Shown here one piece after another: positions 26,834 through 30,042 of a stretch of 30,042 nt of DNA. A program made the position numbers and the translations under genes. The notes under the pieces were generated by a model. The model did not search any database and had not been told where the DNA came from. It saw nothing but the letters and a program-made list of their open reading frames with translations. Source of the DNA: a virus (lineage: Duplodnaviria; Heunggongvirae; Uroviricota; Caudoviricetes); the IMG/VR virus record IMGVR_UViG_2711768048_000007, one strand, 5' to 3'. Positions within the stretch are counted from its first letter, which is position 1, and every line of letters begins with the position of its first letter.

Positions 26834-29749
26834 TCAGAACGACCAGTTCACACCAGCTACCGCGTTCCACGGGGATTCCACACCGGCACTATGGCTATAC
26901 CCCACCCCAAGATGCCCGCTTAACGTACTGCTGAATGAGGCTTTAATACCTGCCTGGTATATTCCACGTCTGCCCGACAAATAATTGACGAAATTACCGT
27001 CACTATTCACTTTCACCCGGTTATCATCGACAAATTCTTTGCGCACAGCCGCCTTCAGCCACGGCTCAACTTCCATACCGTTCCCCAGACGCATGTTGTA
27101 ACTCAGCGTTGCGCCCAGTTCACGATATATACTGCGGGTATCGACTGATTTCGATTTCATGCCATTGGATAAATGATATTCGGGGTTATCAGCGGTGAAC
27201 CCCGTTAACGATGCATACGGCGTCAGGTTCCAGTTACCATCGGTAAATCGCATCCCGGTTTCAATGTGACCGCCCAGCCCGTTGCTGTGGTAACTGCCAT
27301 TGGCGGCTCCACCGCTGCTCATTTTACCTGCTACGTTACTTTTAAAACGGTTCAGCTTCACGACACCGTCCAGATAGAAACCACTTTCATGTTCCCAACT
27401 GGCATAGCCGCCCAGAGAATAACTGCCCACACTGCCATGTCCTCCGCGATCAAAACCGATATGTGAATGGGAATAGCCCATAAAAGCGCCTAGCGTGGTA
27501 ATTCCTTCAGGAATATCATTACGGCTGTCGATCCCCACTGTCATTCCGGTCAGCGTCTGCTCAAACCCGGCACCCGCATCGGTGGTGACATTATTACGGG
27601 TGTTATACGTCGCCCCCCAGACATTATTGTTGTGTGGACTCGCTTTCATTATGTTCAACCGCTCGCGAATACTGTTTAGCTCAGCATCAAATACCAACGG
27701 TAATGTTGCTGCCATATTGAGTACGGCTGCCGTAGAAGGCGTAATGCGTTTCTCCGGAACGGGTGTCGGCGTTGGATCGGGAGTAGGGTCTGGTTTTGGA
27801 TTTGGGTCTGGCTTTGGATCGGGTTTTGGGTCTGGCTTTGGATTTGGGATGGGGTCCGGGTTGGGTTTGACATCATTGGTCAGGTTCCAGTTGCTGTTGC
27901 CGTCACTTTTCAGGACATACTCATAGGTCCCAAGATCAACGAAACCGCCGGTATTGCCCAGCGTAAACGAAGCATCCCCTCCCCCTGTTTTCACCAGCGT
28001 CATCGCGTCGTCAGACTGTGGGCTGACGCCGGTATCCTGAACAAAGATTTTAAAATTACCAGTGGCGTTGTTGTTGACGACCAGTTGATCGCCCCGGGAG
28101 CCTGCAACGTTGGTATGCAGGTAGAAATTACCGCTACCGGAAAGTTCATTGGTTGTCAGCGTATTGTAGATACCGTTAGTTGTGGCAGGCGCTGCTGTTT
28201 GTGCTGACAAATAAACATCACCGTCGTTGAGTAGCAAACTGTTTACTCTATATTCGCAGTTGCTGGTACCTGCACAGGAATTATTGCTGTTAAGCCAGAC
28301 ACTGCCCCGGCTGGCAGCCGTCAGGTCGGCAAGCGTGGTATCGACGCCATTTCCCAGAGTCAATGTCGCGCTATCGGTAATCCGGACCGCCCCTTCGAGT
28401 TTAACTGGCGTAACATTATCCCGTGGCGTCATTAACGACAGGCTTCCTGTCGCGCCACTGACCGATGCATCCGCCAGCGTACCTGCGTAGACGATTGCCG
28501 TACCGCCAGCGACCTGGAGATCTTCTGCCCGGGCCAGAGCCTGAAACTCATCTTTTGACCGCCCAAGGGTATATTGCCCGCCAGAGTTAACCTTTGTGGC
28601 GGAGTCCTGACCCAGGTTTTGCATTGCCCCACCCTTGCCAACCGTGGAGTCGCGAGCTTCGGTACCTGCTAATACCAATAAATTACCGCCATTTTCCAGC
28701 AACATATTGGTCGCTAAATTGCCGGAAATGGAAAAAGTACCGTACTGGTGAGTACCGCTGATTTCAATACCGTTAGCCGTGCTCGTCTGGAGAGCGGCAC
28801 CGCTGTTCTGGACGATATCTGTCGCTTTGCCATTATCGTTGACTGTCAGCGTACCGCCTTCATTGATCTTTGTTTTTATTGCCTCTCCGTTAGCTGAAAC
28901 TGTTTGTATTCCGCCGTCGTTAATTGTTGTCTCATTCGCCACACCCTCGACAATTTGTTCACCGCCGGTGAGCGTCGTGCCTGTCGCAGTGGCTTTTGTT
29001 TTGACGATCTCCCGTCCGCCCATATTGACCTGTGTTTTGTCAGAAGAGGTGTCTGACTCCACGGTTAACACGCCGCCATTTGCCAGCAGGATATTGTTCG
29101 CCGCACCCTGCTCGATGCTGAACGCGACGCCATCCGCGCGTGTTCCTGTGACCCGCGTCGCCCTGGTGGTTGCAACCAAAGCGCCCTGGCTACTCTGCTG
29201 TATCCCCGTTGCGCTGCCTTTCTCCCGCACATCGAGTGTGCCGCCGTCATTAAGCACCGAGTTTTCAGCCAGACCGCCCTCATTAACTACCTGTGAACCC
29301 CCATTAATAATGGAACCTTCCGCTGTCCCGTTTGCCATAATTTGTTGTAGGCCAGAGACGATATCGGTATTGATTGCCTTACCATAATTCTGAACGGTTT
29401 GCGTGCCACCATTGATGTGTGTTTTCTCTGTTGACCCACCATCAACAATTTGTTCACCACTTTCGATATTTGCTTCAGTGGCTAAACCATATACCGTTTG
29501 CTTGCCACCTTTGATATTTGCTTTATCAGAAGTGGCACTGGCATATATTGTTTGGGTGCCAGCACTATTGAGTACAGTGCCAACATCTTTTCCATAAACA
29601 TCCATTTTGCCGTTGGCATTAATAATCGTGTCAACTGCGCGGGAACCAGTGACGACTGTTAATGAGCCAGCGTTTTCCAGCACTACATTTTTAGCTTCTG
29701 AATTCCTGATGTAGAAAGCATCACCATAACTGTTGGTTCCTTCGATAAG
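26834..29749 (-). CDS. autotransporter adhesin (YpjA-like), N-terminal part cut off by IS2 (probable pseudogene fragment)
   Basis: Repetitive Gly/Thr/Asn-rich passenger region, Pro-rich PNPDPIPNPKPDPKPDP linker, C-terminal beta-barrel ending ...AGVNWSF. No signal peptide; the 5' end runs into the IS2 terminal repeat. Confidence 0.75.
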   Translation of the reverse strand, partial: LIEGTNSYGDAFYIRNSEAKNVVLENAGSLTVVTGSRAVDTIINANGKMDVYGKDVGTVLNSAGTQTIYASATSDKANIKGGKQTVYGLATEANIESGEQIVDGGSTEKTHINGGTQTVQNYGKAINTDIVSGLQQIMANGTAEGSIINGGSQVVNEGGLAENSVLNDGGTLDVREKGSATGIQQSSQGALVATTRATRVTGTRADGVAFSIEQGAANNILLANGGVLTVESDTSSDKTQVNMGGREIVKTKATATGTTLTGGEQIVEGVANETTINDGGIQTVSANGEAIKTKINEGGTLTVNDNGKATDIVQNSGAALQTSTANGIEISGTHQYGTFSISGNLATNMLLENGGNLLVLAGTEARDSTVGKGGAMQNLGQDSATKVNSGGQYTLGRSKDEFQALARAEDLQVAGGTAIVYAGTLADASVSGATGSLSLMTPRDNVTPVKLEGAVRITDSATLTLGNGVDTTLADLTAASRGSVWLNSNNSCAGTSNCEYRVNSLLLNDGDVYLSAQTAAPATTNGIYNTLTTNELSGSGNFYLHTNVAGSRGDQLVVNNNATGNFKIFVQDTGVSPQSDDAMTLVKTGGGDASFTLGNTGGFVDLGTYEYVLKSDGNSNWNLTNDVKPNPDPIPNPKPDPKPDPKPDPNPKPDPTPDPTPTPVPEKRITPSTAAVLNMAATLPLVFDAELNSIRERLNIMKASPHNNNVWGATYNTRNNVTTDAGAGFEQTLTGMTVGIDSRNDIPEGITTLGAFMGYSHSHIGFDRGGHGSVGSYSLGGYASWEHESGFYLDGVVKLNRFKSNVAGKMSSGGAANGSYHSNGLGGHIETGMRFTDGNWNLTPYASLTGFTADNPEYHLSNGMKSKSVDTRSIYRELGATLSYNMRLGNGMEVEPWLKAAVRKEFVDDNRVKVNSDGNFVNYLSGRRGIYQAGIKASFSSTLSGHLGVGYSHSAGVESPWNAVAGVNWSF
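27757..27870. repeat. tandem short-unit repeats encoding the Pro-rich autotransporter linker
   Basis: Reiterated GGKTYTGGNTTTGGR units (for example GGGTCTGGCTTTGGATCGGGTTTTGGGTCTGGCTTTGGATTTGGG). Confidence 0.6.
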
Positions 29750-30042
29750 TGGATTTGCCCCTATATTTCCAGACACCTGTTATCACTTAACCCATTACTG
29801 GCCTGCTGCCGCAGATATTCCCGTGGCGAGCGATAACCCAGTGCACTATGCGGATGCCATTCGTTATAATGCTCGAACGCCTCTGCAAGGTTCTTTGCTG
29901 CCGTTAACCCGTCTGGTTTAGGCATGATACTGATGTAGTCACGCTTTATCGTTTTCACGAAGCTCTCTGCTATGCCGTTACTCTCCGGACTCCGCACCGC
30001 CGTGTTCTTCGGTTCAAGCCCCAACATCCGGGCAAACTGCCG
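29750..30042 (-). mobile_element. IS2 (IS3 family), right end, partial at the window edge
   Basis: Terminal sequence TGGATTTGCCCCTATATTTCCAGACACCTGTTATCACTTAA matches the IS2 right inverted repeat as I recall it, and the adjacent ORF is the InsD C-terminus. Confidence 0.8.
29761..30042 (-). CDS. insD: IS2 transposase InsD (OrfB), C-terminal part; continues beyond the window
   Basis: ...[36 protein letters not shown]...[32 protein letters not shown]. Confidence 0.8.
   Translation of the reverse strand, partial: RQFARMLGLEPKNTAVRSPESNGIAESFVKTIKRDYISIMPKPDGLTAAKNLAEAFEHYNEWHPHSALGYRSPREYLRQQASNGLSDNRCLEI

Noticed and set aside
27757-27870. Short tandem repeats considered as a CRISPR-like or regulatory array
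   Set aside because: Units are 6-15 bp with no spacers, and they sit in frame inside the autotransporter gene encoding a Pro-rich linker; not a CRISPR array.

Overview
The window is a ~26.3 kb P2/186-family prophage integrated into the 3' end of the tmRNA gene ssrA, followed by an IS2-disrupted autotransporter gene. The intact ssrA is at 40..402, and the prophage is bounded by 38-bp direct repeats at 358..395 and 26630..26667. The backbone is recognisable gene by gene: ogr, D, U, T, E/E', FII, FI, L, M, N, O, P, Q, a cos-like site, an SOS-controlled dinI-like operon, A, dam, a 186-type cII-apl-cI switch and int. The prophage looks defective: the X-to-I block (lysis, tail completion, baseplate) is absent, and the tail-fibre gene is cut to its N-terminal half and fused onto a 5'-truncated sheath gene. 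The most interesting content is low-GC cargo at three moron positions: (1) a compact 257-aa reverse transcriptase with an overlapping upstream 57-aa single-helix membrane peptide between ogr and attL, next to a highly structured non-coding stretch; (2) a Zn-ribbon protein and an N-terminally anchored membrane protein flanking cos; (3) a very AT-rich 353-aa polytopic membrane protein between int and attR. I rank the RT module as the best candidate for an undescribed anti-phage or abortive-infection system; none of these could be confirmed without database searches. All identifications rest on reading the supplied ORF translations and the DNA by eye.
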